Source: Macrostomum lignano
Taxonomy: Eukaryota
Direction: 5' to 3'
Length of the DNA stretch: 64,000 nucleotides
Assembly (NCBI GenBank): GCA_002269645.1
Contig: NIVC01001102.1
Location: 248,001 to 312,000, forward strand
Part shown: in pieces, positions 46,561-58,196 of the stretch
Layout: each line of letters opens with the position of its first letter
How positions within the stretch are numbered: position 1 is the stretch's first letter
Position numbers and translations under genes: made by a program
Notes under the pieces: generated by a model
Seen by the model: only the letters and a program-made list of their open reading frames with translations
Database searches by the model: none
What the model was told of the DNA's origin: nothing

Positions 46561-49500
46561 ATGACAAGTCGTTTCAAGATTGCAAAACGTCTGGAAGCTT
46601 TTTCCAAAGTTGAAAATATCTGGTTTGTACTTGATGTTCTGATTAATTTTTAGTAATGTTAACTTTAATTAGAGTTGACAAGATAAATAACTAAAATTTG
46701 ATAACGGATACTTTCAGGGTGATGTACTCTGCTCTTGCTGTGAAACACAATGCTCTCAATTTGGGACAGGTGAGTTATGTAGCATTAAATAATCATGTCA
46801 AACACGAATCTGTAGCATGATTTTGGTCTTTAGTGGCTTTCTAATTCTAAAATAAGTCGAATTAATTTTTGAACAATGCTAACTAAAGTTTAAAAATCAT
46901 GCAAAAAACAGTTTTTTATCTCTCCAATTCGGTGTATCTCTACTAAAAGTAGTACAACTGTTCCTTCAGGGCTTCCCAGACTATGCGCCACCAAAGTCTG
47001 CAACCGATGCACTTGCTTCAGTGGCCAATTCCTCTAACCCGATGTTGCACCAGTACACCAGGGGATACGTGAGTAGATTATTCAACATCAAGCCTTAACA
47101 CAGACTCGCTTGAGATGCCTATGAAGAACTTTCCACCGTTTTAGGGTCATCCCAGACTGGTAAATGCTCTTGCCAAGCTGTACACCACAGAGCTGCAGAA
47201 TCCAATTGATCCGATGAAGAATATTCTAATCTCCAACGGTGCCTACATGTGTCTTTATTCCGCTATCCACTCTCTAGTTGATGAAGGCGACGAAGTAGTC
47301 ATCATTGAGCCGTTTTTCGACTGCTACGAGCCAATGGTCCGTTCTGCCGGTGGGCAGCCGGTCTTTGTTCCGCTGCGACCATCCGCTGATGACAGGTCGA
47401 CCACTCAGAACCAACGCCATCGTTCTGCGCAGGACTGGCGCTGGGATGCCGAGCAGCTCCGGGCCGCCTTCACGCCTCGAACCAAAATGTTGATAATGAA
47501 CACGCCAAATAATCCAATTGGCAAAGTGTTCGACTCTGACGAATTGAAATTGCTTGCCGAGCTGTGCTGCAAGCACGATGTTTTGTGTCTTAGCGACGAA
47601 GTGTACGAATGGCTGGTAAGATTGATCGGTTAGTTAGGAGTTGTTGCGGTTTAATGCGTACGTATTAGTACATGTAGCTACGTGTTTGCATAGGTTGATG
47701 ATTATCTGGCAAATCAGTGTTAGTCAAGTCAGTCATTTCGTAGGGGGGGGGGGGCTCTGGGTGCTGCTGCATATCAAAGCGACAGCCGACCTGCAGCCAC
47801 GAGTATTCAAGCACTCGTGTCCATTCCTTCGACCTTTGAGCCCTTACACGCACACGGTTACGTACTAAATCATACGCTCACACCGAGTGCACATCGGCCC
47901 TGACTTTCTCGTCTATAGGCGCTTTATTAGATACACTCTCTGCATCATTGGGGGTCATCAGTTTGTAAGGCCAACTTTTGTCCACCAGACCCAGCTTACC
48001 CTGCACCGAGCACAAAATCTAACCCGGATGCGGGAGTCAGACGCGTTACCTCTGAGCTGCTCAACCGCTCTTTCTGCATCCTTGTCTATAGTAGATCTCA
48101 ACACGGAAGTGAATATTTAGGCAGGTTACAATGCAAATAGCCATGAATAAATCAGCTCGAAGCTCCTTTTGTAGTGATCACGAATTTAACGGCCGTTGCT
48201 ATTTATGTTGTAGCCTAGTGGCTAGGGCGTCGGACTCACGACTTGAAGGTCGGGGGTTCGATTCCCGATCCCACTGTAACAATTTGTGTCCTTGAGCAAG
48301 ACACTTAACTCTCTCTCTCTGTATTGCTTCAGTTCACCCAGCTGTAAAATTGGTGCCAGCATTAGCTGGGATAATTGAGGGTGCGCGTGTGGCGATCCTC
48401 CAGGCCGTGGACTGAACAGCCGTACGCAGCCTTCAGATGCGCCGCGCAATAGCTGCGGCTGAGCTGTCGGTTGCACAACTGCCCATTGGGGCAGGTGAAA
48501 TCAATAATAATAATTATTATTATTAATGTACAATTGCATGTAGCTCTAACACCTATTAAATATAGTATACGGGCTATACATAAACCTTGCTTTATAAAAT
48601 CTAATCGTCGTTTAATACCTGAAGCTGAGTCGTATAAGAGTTCTAGAACAAAAAATGGCAGAAAAATGAAACAAATATTACGAGCATACTATTAGTTTAA
48701 TTTTTGTAATAGTGACTACGAAATGAATAATACAATCTGGGATGCGAGTATTTATATTTTCTCAAAATCTAAATGTAAACCGATTTTCGACCCTCTAATT
48801 GGTCTAGGTGTACCCGGGCCATCGGCATCAGCGCATAGCAACTCTGCCGGGCATGTGGGAGCGCACCATCACCGTTGGCAGCGCTGGTAAAACGTTCAGC
48901 GCAACTGGCTGGAAGCTCGGATGGTCAATTGGACCGGAAGAGCTGATCAAGCATCTGCAGGTGGTGCACAGGAACTGCTGTTACACTTGTCCAACTCCGT
49001 CGCAGGTGAGAAATAAGACAACTCTATTGGAGGTTAACAGTGAATCTTTGTCCAGTTGACTCTTTGTCCACTTGACTCTTTGTCCACTTGACTCTGTCCA
49101 CTTGACTCTTTGTCCACTTGACTCTTTGTCCACTTGACTCTTTGTCCACTTGACTCTTTGTCCACTTGACTCTTTGTCCACTTGACTCTTTGTCCACTTG
49201 ACTCTTTGTCCACTTGACTCTTTGTCCACTTGACTCTTTGTCCACTTGACTCTTTGTCCACTTGACTCTTTGTCCACTTGACTCTTTGTCCACTTGACTC
49301 TTTGTCCACTTGACTCTTTGTCCACTTGACTCTTTGTCCACTTGACTCTTTGTCCACTTGACTCTTTGTCCACTTGACTCTTTGTCCACTTGACTCTTTG
49401 TCCACTTGACTCTTTGTCCACTTGACTCTTTGTCCACTTGACTCTTTGTCCACTTGACTCTTTGTCCACTTGACTCTTTGTCCACTTGACTCTTTGTCCA

Positions 49501-50088
49501 CTTGACTCTTTGTCCACTTGACTCTTTGTCCACTTGACTCTTTGTTCACTTGACTCTCACTGTCTCATATGATTATTTGTCCTCTTCACTTTATCTGTTT
49601 GAATCTTTGTCCACTTAAATATATTTCCTAGCGGTCGTTTACTTAATGTCATAATGTCAAACGAACAATTTCAGGACCATTTGTGAATGTGATTCATTGG
49701 GGAATCGCTCACATGTTGCAGGACTCAAAACGAATTCGAAGACTTGTAGATATTTTCTCATATGCCAAGTGCTCGCGTACTACATCACTAAATCTACGCC
49801 ACTTTGAATTTTAACTACTACAAGTAATCCAACCTAAATCTCTCAGGAAGCAGTTGGCATTGCACTGGAGGCGGAGCTGGAGAGGCGCGGCACTCCTGAA
49901 TGCTATTTCAACGCCCTGCCAACCGAGCTGCTGTCGAAACGGGACCGACTGGCTGAGCTGGTTGAATCAGCGGGGCTTCCGGTCTACTTGCCCGCTGGCG
50001 GATACTTTATGGTGGGCCCTTTTTTAAGTGTCTTTTTCTGTTATTCTGCATTAGCCTTTCATTTGGTCCTAGTGTGTCTGTCTGTCTG

Positions 50089-50138
<50 letters not shown>

Positions 50139-50140
50139 CA

Positions 50141-50205
<65 letters not shown>

Positions 50206-50352
50206 GTTTCTGTCTGTCTGTCTGCTTGTCTGTCTTTCTGTCTGTCTTAGTATCTGTCTGTCTGTGTGTGTCTGCCTGTCTGTCTGTGTCTGCCTGTCTG
50301 TCTGTCTGTCTGTCTGTCTGTCTGCTTGTCTATCTGTCTGTCTGTCTTAGTA

Positions 50353-50423
<71 letters not shown>

Positions 50424-50520
50424 GCCTGTCTGTGTTTCTGTCTGTCTGTCTGTGTTTCTGTCTGTCTGTCTGCTTGTCTGTCTGTCTGTCTGTCTTAGTA
50501 TCTGTCTGTCTGTCTTAGTA

Positions 50521-50575
<55 letters not shown>

Positions 50576-51024
50576 GCTTGTCTATCTGTCTGTCTGTCTG
50601 TCTGCCTGTCTGTGTTTCTGTCTGTCTGTCTGCTTGTCTGTCTGTCTGTCTGTCTTAGTATCTGTCTGTCTGTCTGTGTCTGCCTGTCTGTCTGTCAGTC
50701 TGTCTGTCTGTCTGTCTGTCTGTGTCTGTCTCTCATCTCACCAGCAACTCGCCGCCTCAGATCGTGGACATCTCTAGCCTGCCGGAGCCGCCGCCGGCCA
50801 CCGGCAGCCCAGACGATCCTCTTGGTGAGCTTCGGGACGCCCGACTGGTCCGCTGGCTGACCCGGGAGCGCCAGCTGGCCACAATCCCCTGCTCCTGCTT
50901 CTACGGCCAAGCCGACAGGCATCTGGGCGAGAATTTCATTCGCCTGTGCTTCATCAAAGAGGACGAAACGATTGAGCAGTTTGGCAGAGGTCTGCTCAAT
51001 TGGTTGAAGCCGGGGTCGTGCTAG
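46561..51024 (+). CDS. KYAT: Kynurenine aminotransferase I/III-like (paralog B); exons 46561-46622, 46718-46769, 46970-47068, 47145-47615, 48808-49005, 49847-50011, 50761-51024
   Basis: [70 protein letters not shown] and FIRLCFIK; all phases consistent. Confidence 0.93.
47850..48065 (-). mobile_element. SINE family A, intronic
   Basis: Head gcagctcagaggtaacgcgtctgactc plus a partial core. Confidence 0.7.
48207..48520 (+). mobile_element. Full-length CORE-type tRNA-derived SINE (family B)
   Basis: A box (tagcctagtgg), B box (ggttcgattcc), then TGTGTCCTTGAGCAAGACACTTAAC..CTTCAGTTCACCCAGCTGTAAAATTGG resembling the MIR CORE, and an (AAT)/(ATT) tail. Confidence 0.85.
49050..49557. repeat. 16-bp minisatellite (TTGACTCTTTGTCCAC), about 31 near-perfect units, in KAT-B intron
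   Basis: Visible. Confidence 0.97.
50070..50730. repeat. (TCTG)n microsatellite filling the last KAT-B intron
   Basis: Visible. Confidence 0.97.
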
Positions 51025-51835
51025 GACTGAAGTGCGGCTACTAAATGCCTACTGCATTGGGCTGGTGAAAGCTTTGATTTAATCTTTCGACAATCACTTG
51101 CATCCAAATGCATCCTAAGTTGTCAGTTTTACCAGTATCATACATTGCTTCATTTGAATGATTTTCAATAAGAAATTGAATAGTATTTTTTTGTGTTTGA
51201 GAAGTTCAGCGTTACTAACTCTATAATACTTGACAGGAGTTCTTTTTAGTTACTATTCATGTTTTTTTAGTTACATCTTACTTCTTTTTTGTTTTCTAGA
51301 CTTTGGAAACTTTTCAATCACAACGATAGATCAATAGATTAGTATATCTCCTGATATCGTGATTTTTTAGCTCAAAACTGTAAAGCTGTCGACGAGCGCA
51401 TGTTTATTGAAATTAAAGCTTTGATCAGGCAATAAACGTGTATACAAAGAAAAACTGCATTGAAGGATTATACACACCGAGTAGTTAGAAAAAAAATGTA
51501 ATATTACGTTCGTTATGTCATACTTCTATAATTTTAATAGTGCATTTCTATTCACTAATTATTTTAGACACAAAAATTGTACTTTTGTTAGATATTGAGA
51601 CTCCGTTGATGCTGACCAAGATTTTTACAAAAAAGTGAATCAAAAAGTGCATATTTATTACAGATTATTGTTTAATAACAAATTAGTATCTTAAGGCTTG
51701 TTCATACCAATGTTTCATGTACACCAGCCACGAGAATCAATGTCTAATTGGATGGAATGGGCATCTTGTTCAAAGATACCGCCAGTTCTGTTACTTCCCG
51801 CCTTTAGGTTTTGTTATCATAGACTGTTGATTTCG

Positions 51836-53386
51836 CTAAACAGCAGCTAAGCAAAAGCGTATTTTGTTTAGTCTCTTGTGTCGCATCTCGCGCTTGAATA
51901 ATTCAGCCATCCAGTTCATGAATGACTCCTTCCGACAGCAGCCAGCCAGTGTTCTGCACGTTTGCGGGTTCGCGCCACTGATCTCGAGTTCCAGTTGGCC
52001 GACTTCAGTGAACCGGAAGTTGGTGCGCAAGTTTGCTAGGCTCTCTTCTATTCCGGTATCCGAGTCCGATACTTGTCGAGGTTCTTCCTCGTCCAACAAA
52101 AAACTGGAGACATTGTCCGCGTGTAGTTTGAGCACCTCCTCGATGCGGCACTTCTCCTCGTCGGTGAGCTCGCTGCTGCCGTCAGTTGATACCGAATAGA
52201 GCAGCTTGACGACTCTTCGCACGCTTGGTATCTGCGGGCAAACTCTGTCACCAGGCAAGCCGGTGTCTGTTGGAGTCGGCTCTTCGGCATCGGCCTCAGC
52301 CTCCGTGTCGATGAGCTGCGGCAGATCTGCACCATCAGGTGTTGACTCGCTGCTGCCTTGCAGAGCTGGTCTCGGACTCTCGATGGCAAGTTTAGACTCG
52401 ATCAGGTTAGCATCGTGCCTCTGGTCTGGGCTCCAACTGAGCAGATTCTCAACCAGCCTCCATAGATTATCTGTCAACGGGAATACTGACTTACTGCGAT
52501 CGAGGACCACCTTCCAGTCTTCGTTGCTAGTTGGCCTCGACAGCGTCATGGCTCCGAAAGCCTCTGGTAGGTCTAATTCCAAGTCCGGAGTGCTTGGAAT
52601 TTCCAAACGTTGAAAGAGACGCTCTTCGTAGCTGTCGAAAGGCCTCTGTCGATAGATGGATTCGCAAATTAGTATGCCAAACGAATAACAATCAGCTTTA
52701 AAATCGTAGCGCAGCTTCTTGTCGCCGTTACGCCAGTTGCGCACTTCTGGCGCCATCCAACGCCATGTGCCGATGTCGACCGACATACCATCGGGATCGT
52801 AGTAGCGGCTCATGTCAAAGTCGCACACCTTGCATAGCCTTTTTCCTTCGAATAGGAGCACGTTGGAACTCTTAAGATCGCGGTGCACTATACCATTATT
52901 ATGCAGGTACGCCATGGCTTCGGCTACCTGGCGAAGCCAATTAATACAGTGATCCCAGGTATAGCCACCATCTCCAGTCGGGTAGGTGAACTCACTTTTG
53001 CTCTTCCTCTTGGCTGTGAGAGCAAACTGGAGGCTGCACTCGCCGAGCTCCATAAAAATGACGGGCCAACTCTCTGGATTATTCTCATCAACTTCCAGGG
53101 TGCAATCCAGCACGGTGACAATATTCTTGTGATTGCACTTTGACAACAGCTCATATTCTTTCTGGCATAGTTCTTTCATGTCCTTTTTGCTACTACTTCC
53201 GCAGTACTGCTTCATAGCAACGAAATCGCCTTTAGAAAGCAATGCGATCGTGTCGCCCTCCAATGAGAAGTCCTCCTGCAGCTCCTTTTTGTAGATTCGA
53301 TGATTGGATCGGGCCATCAGCGAGCGTCCTGTCTCGCTGTTTTCAATCGAGACGCACCGATTCAGACCTTTATTAGAACCTGCCAT
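51836..53386 (-). CDS. Intronless atypical TKL-like protein kinase 1 (DFD, no Gly loop) with C-terminal unknown domain
   Basis: VAMK, QKEY, HKNIV, FMELG, HRDLKSSNVLL, KVCDFD, GTWRWMAPE and ADCYSFG. First ATG at 53386. Confidence 0.92.
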   Translation of the reverse strand: MAGSNKGLNRCVSIENSETGRSLMARSNHRIYKKELQEDFSLEGDTIALLSKGDFVAMKQYCGSSSKKDMKELCQKEYELLSKCNHKNIVTVLDCTLEVDENNPESWPVIFMELGECSLQFALTAKRKSKSEFTYPTGDGGYTWDHCINWLRQVAEAMAYLHNNGIVHRDLKSSNVLLFEGKRLCKVCDFDMSRYYDPDGMSVDIGTWRWMAPEVRNWRNGDKKLRYDFKADCYSFGILICESIYRQRPFDSYEERLFQRLEIPSTPDLELDLPEAFGAMTLSRPTSNEDWKVVLDRSKSVFPLTDNLWRLVENLLSWSPDQRHDANLIESKLAIESPRPALQGSSESTPDGADLPQLIDTEAEADAEEPTPTDTGLPGDRVCPQIPSVRRVVKLLYSVSTDGSSELTDEEKCRIEEVLKLHADNVSSFLLDEEEPRQVSDSDTGIEESLANLRTNFRFTEVGQLELEISGANPQTCRTLAGCCRKESFMNWMAELFKREMRHKRLNKIRFCLAAV

Positions 53387-54011
53387 TCTACTCAGTTCGC
53401 TTGTTTGCACTGTTGGAATAGTTTAAAATGCTATTATCTTGCTTCACTATTTTGTGTGTTCACTATTATTGCTCTTGCGGACAACTGCATGTAGCACTTG
53501 TCTTCAAGGTCACATCGCTTTAGCTTTTATGCGATATTATGTACAGTAAACTGAGCCGTGGTAAATGGGGAGTAGGGGGGGGCAGAATTTTCACTCGCAA
53601 AAGAGAGCAAGCCACTTTGACAGTGTCATTGCGGCCGGCTTGCTGAAACACCATATTGTACGCAAAATCTGGGGTTTGGGGCTTAAGTCTCTTTAGTTTC
53701 TGTTAACAACCCCAGTGGAAACCTGTCTGCCCCTACAGACGGTATTGTGTGCACATGTGTACACTCGCTCTTTCCACAGTTAGTCAGCCTAGACTAAATC
53801 TAATAGCGTTTGTTAAAACACCGCGCGCACACACCTCAGATAGCGACTCATTTTCTGCTCAGCAGAGTACAGTGGATGAAAAGTTACAAAAAAATAAGTG
53901 GAACTTCCCTTGCAAAGCAGTTAACATAAAAGACCTTGCTTGTCTTTTTAGCTCTTAGCTATACTGAATTGTTTTTTTTCTGAATAGCTAATAACAGATT
54001 TGGTTCGAAAA
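53387..54011. promoter_or_regulatory. Probable bidirectional promoter region between the divergent kinases
   Basis: Inferred from geometry only: about 625 bp between divergent ATGs. Confidence 0.4.
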
Positions 54012-55517
54012 ATGCCAAGAGTAGACTCGCCAATAGACAGTCTGTACCACTGTCTGGATTTGGAGACCAAAAAAGAAATCGCCATCTCTCAGCAGAGCAG
54101 CAACTACGTTAGAATTCATTCAGTCAAGCTGAAAAGAAACTGGGTTAACGGATTTCTTTTACCAGAGCTGACTGAAAGAACTACTGTGGCTATGAAGGAG
54201 ATTACTAGAGGCGCGCCACAGATGAGTCCCATCGAAATCTGCAAAAGAGAATTTAATCGCCTGAGAGATTTGTCACACAATAACATCGTGATTGTGTACG
54301 AAGCCTGCCTGACTGTCGATCCCAACGACCCGTCGAGCGTTCCGTCCTACTTGATGGAGATCGGGGAGTGCAGCCTCAGCTTTGTAATGTGCAACAAACT
54401 GCAGGATTCAACGCACATCGTACCAGTGATGAGTGATGGCTTGGCTAGAGACCCTACAAATAATATTTACTACACGAAGCAGCACTTGTTCCATTGGCTG
54501 ATTCAGGTGGCCGATGCCATGCAGTACCTTCACGAGAGCGGTTTAATCCATCGTGATGTGAAAGGAGCAAACGTGTTAATGTTTGATAAGAAGACTAAAT
54601 GCAAGCTTTGCGATTTCGACACTTGCCGTGAAGTCGACCCCGAAGGCATGACGCCCAAGGTCGGAACCGATCGCTGGAGAGCACCGGAGCTGCGAAAGCC
54701 CACTGACGGCCTCAGAGCACGGTACAACAAAGCGTGCGACCGATTTTCATTCGGCGTTCTCATGTGCGAGGCGGTTTTCCGCGAATTGCCGTTCCAAGAC
54801 TATCCGGACAGCGCCTTCACCGCATGCGATGAGGACATACCAAATATCTTAGCCAACGAAGCCAATGGTGCTATGCTGATTCGCAAGTGCGTAAGCGGGC
54901 CAGTAGTGGAAATCAACAAAAGCAAATCTGTGTTCAAGGAGCTGCCAAATAGCTTTTGGCAGCAATTGGAGAACCTGCTCTCCTGGTCAGCTGATAGACG
55001 CAATCCCTTTTCCGCTGTGAAAAGTACTCTAACCAACTGTTTAGAGAGTTTAACAACTAGTGACCTGCCTATCATCTTAGTAGACAAGTCGGGACAGAGA
55101 ACTGACACAGGGACGCTTGCTGTCACAGAAGTTCCAAGTCGACACAGGAGATATGTGAGAAAACGCGTTGTCTACTCATTGAGCGTAGAGTTGGACGCGG
55201 AACATCAGGAACAATTGATTACCAGTATGCGAGAGTTTTCCGGTCAAATCAACGTGCAGGCTGGAGTACCGAACGATCAATTAAAAAACGTTCGTCACGA
55301 GTACAGCTTTGTGCAGCCTAAGGAGCTCATTCATGACATCAAGTCGCTCCAGCAACAGCTCGTCGATGAAGTGTCGGAGTATTGCTCCAATGCTGATAAA
55401 AAGTTCACTAAGTGGTTAGATGACCGTTTCGAATTCGAACCGGATATGCAAATTCGCGGCATCAAATTTTCGGCTTTGGTAGGTCAGGGCAATCTTCAGC
55501 CTGGAGCTGAAGAATAA
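54012..55517 (+). CDS. Intronless atypical TKL-like protein kinase 2 (DFD, no Gly loop) with C-terminal unknown domain
   Basis: VAMK, KREF, HNNIV, LMEIG, HRDVKGANVLM, KLCDFD, GTDRWRAPE and ACDRFSFG. First ATG at 54012. Confidence 0.92.
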   Translation: MPRVDSPIDSLYHCLDLETKKEIAISQQSSNYVRIHSVKLKRNWVNGFLLPELTERTTVAMKEITRGAPQMSPIEICKREFNRLRDLSHNNIVIVYEACLTVDPNDPSSVPSYLMEIGECSLSFVMCNKLQDSTHIVPVMSDGLARDPTNNIYYTKQHLFHWLIQVADAMQYLHESGLIHRDVKGANVLMFDKKTKCKLCDFDTCREVDPEGMTPKVGTDRWRAPELRKPTDGLRARYNKACDRFSFGVLMCEAVFRELPFQDYPDSAFTACDEDIPNILANEANGAMLIRKCVSGPVVEINKSKSVFKELPNSFWQQLENLLSWSADRRNPFSAVKSTLTNCLESLTTSDLPIILVDKSGQRTDTGTLAVTEVPSRHRRYVRKRVVYSLSVELDAEHQEQLITSMREFSGQINVQAGVPNDQLKNVRHEYSFVQPKELIHDIKSLQQQLVDEVSEYCSNADKKFTKWLDDRFEFEPDMQIRGIKFSALVGQGNLQPGAEE

Positions 55518-56049
55518 TGAAACTCTGCGCTAAACTTTGAGTTATTCGCTTTCTAAATTACGCTTGTTGAGTTGAGATCAAGGTAAACTTTCAGTAAAGT
55601 TAGTAGTTCTCTGTTAAGTAAAAATGAGGGCAAAAACAAGGCCACTTTTTGAACCATGCAGTGTCCATGGCTGTGATTTATTATTTTTTCTTTTTATTTT
55701 TTAGTATTTATTAGACTAGAAATTTAAGACTTTTGCCTTCAATAAGGTCGCCAACTGAATGTTATTCATGTGATAGCAATAGGAGCTTTAGCTGCCTCTT
55801 TTTTCAAGCAATGGCCACTTTTTGATCAACTTACGAGCGTAAGTTGATCAATCGAAAAATACACAAAAGTTTGGTTTGGTTTGATTTTAAAATTTTAAAA
55901 GGCCTATTAATATTTTAGAATATTATTATGAAATTTTAACTATAGCTACAAGTAGCAGTGCTTTTTCCTACTTGCAAAAAAACAAATACAAGTTTGTGTT
56001 TTGCTTCTGCTTCAATTGTTTTTTACTAACGGCTAGGTCTGCATGTGCC

Positions 56050-57060
56050 AGCAACGGAGCAATCAGGTGCATCGCGGGTCAATTCCGTGTTTACTTGTGG
56101 GGTCCTCTACAGCGGGTCCACCCCAACTGCCAGCCGGAAAACTGCCAGCCGACAACTGCCAGCCGGAAAACTGCCAGTCGACAACTGCCAGCCGGAAAAC
56201 TGCCAGCCGACAACTGCCAGCCGGAAAACTGCCAGTCGACAACTGCCAGCCGAAAAATGCCAGCCGACAATTGCCAGCCGAGAAAACTGCCAGCCGGAAA
56301 ACTGCCAGCCGACAACTCCCAGCCGGAAAACTGCCAGCCGACAATTGCCAGCCGACAATTGCCAGCCGACAACTGCCAGCCGACTGCCAGCTCTTTCAAA
56401 GAAAGAGCAAAGGCTACCTAAAATACGAAATTTGAATGCCTTCTCCTTCGCATATATACTTCTAAAGTTCTAATGGAAATCTGAAAAAATTAGGGAAGGG
56501 AAGGGCGACATTTAAGGCTACCCCACAAGCCTTTTGCTAGCCAAACAGTTTCGTGCTTTTTACTTAGCTAATAAGTAGGCTACAGTAGATTCAATTAGCT
56601 AGAACTTGTCGGCTGGCAGTTGTCGGCTGGCAATTGTCGACTGGCAGTTGTCGGCTGGCAGTTTTCCGGCTGGCAGTTTTCCGGCTGGCAGTTTTCTCGG
56701 CTGGCAATTGTCGGCTGGCATTTTTCGGCTGGCAGTTGTCGACTGGCAGTTGTCGGCTGGTAGTTGTCGGCTGGCAATTGTCGGCTGGCAGTTTTCCGGC
56801 TGGCAGTTGTCGGCTGGCAGTTTTCCGGCTAGCAGTTGGGGTGCTCCCCTCTACAGAAATGGTGGTGCAGCCGTTGCTTATGCAGAATAAGTCACGATCG
56901 GTTTGCTTTCCCCCCGACCTAAGCGTAGCGTCAACTCCGCTGAAGACGCCGCCGAATCTGCCGTTGCCGTGGTGTAGCCGTCTCCAGCTCTGCCGCGGGC
57001 CCAGTTATCGGTCAGACTGCCACCTCGCTCGCTGTCGCGGCAGTTTCGCCTCTGCTGACT
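56050..57060 (-). pseudogene. Decayed copy of the last exon of the ALK/LTK-like glycine-rich gene
   Basis: RRNCRDSERGGSLTDNWARGRAGDG aligns to RRNSSDGERGGGLANGWAGGRAGDG; SNGCTTIS and TSKHG align to GSGCTAIA and ASEHG. Frameshifted and interrupted by a foldback element. Confidence 0.75.
56113..56847. mobile_element. Foldback/MITE-like element: long TIRs built of 14-15-bp subrepeats, 9-bp TSD CCTCTACAG
   Basis: The left arm 56113-56400 is the inverted complement of the right arm 56600-56847; CCTCTACAG occurs at 56104-56112 and 56848-56856. Confidence 0.88.
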
Positions 57061-57084
57061 TTAAGCACTCACGCGCAATTGTAG

Positions 57085-57270
57085 GCAAATGCTCGCACAA
57101 GGTGTACAGCGCCACTGAATATATGATTGTCAGGCAAGTACACACTTTGCTCCTTGAGTGTTGACCCTCAGGGGCGTGTATTGCACGACAATTGCCGCAA
57201 GACGAATTTTCTTGAACGATCGAATCGAACCTCGGAACTTTGGCGCCAGAGGAAGACACGCTGATCATTC
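57085..57270 (-). mobile_element. SINE family A
   Basis: Core at 57085-57160 and B-box-like gaggttcgattcg on the minus strand near 57225. Confidence 0.65.
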
Positions 57271-58196
57271 CTGCTGCTTGCCTGATACCCCAGGGAAAGG
57301 TTTGAGGGTAGGCATGGGTAGCCTCACAAGGCAATGGTTGTTGTCTGGGTTGCTGCCCTACTTGGCGAGGGAATCCTCAAGTTCATTTCCCAGGATTTGC
57401 TGTGACCGGGTGTCCAGTTCATACTAATCCTGTTAAGGACATTCACCTGTCCTTGTCCCGTCACTATCCTTAAACCGTGTGCCAATGTTCATCTACTGAT
57501 AAGAAGAAAGTATAGAGTGTTTGGTGCGGAAATCTTGCAAGAGTTTAGTTCTAGCTGTTCAGTATGGCTATTGGGTAGAGTCTAGTCTTGGTCATTTAGT
57601 ATGCAAAAGTACTAAAGTCATTTAGTATGGCTTCCTAGTCATCCGATCGGTAGATGAACTTTTGGGGCAGCATCATCGACAGTGGCATCGCGGTTTATCT
57701 ACTGCGTGCCGAATAACAGCATCATTTGGGGGTTGGGACTTTATACCTGTTGAAGAGTACCTATTTACCTAGTCATTGTGTCGATACCTAATCCTGTTAG
57801 GCAATACATGAGTGAGTATTTGCAGAATAGAAAACATATACGAATGGTTTTGTATCTGTCGGCTCTACATTACGATATTTTTCTTTCTGTTCGGTGAAAT
57901 AAATAAAAGTCACTAATGGTCTATACTCTAGTTAAGATTCAATGATTTTGATGCGACACAATCCGGTTCATGGGTGCTAAAAACACCCATGAGCATATGA
58001 ATGGGAACCTAGTTCCTTCTACTCAATTTATTAGAAATCGAAGGTACGGTCCGTTTCAAAGACCAGAGAGTAACGTTATTCTAGGTATATAGTTCGTAAC
58101 GTTTTTTGGTAATCGCAACTGACATGGTCTTCGAGTTAATTTTTTTGCTTGATGCATGGCTCCACACGCAGTTGGTCGATCTCTTTCAATTAAGTC

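Noticed and set aside
48981-50860. [16 protein letters not shown] and CLSV ORFs
   Set aside because: 16-bp and 4-bp intronic arrays.
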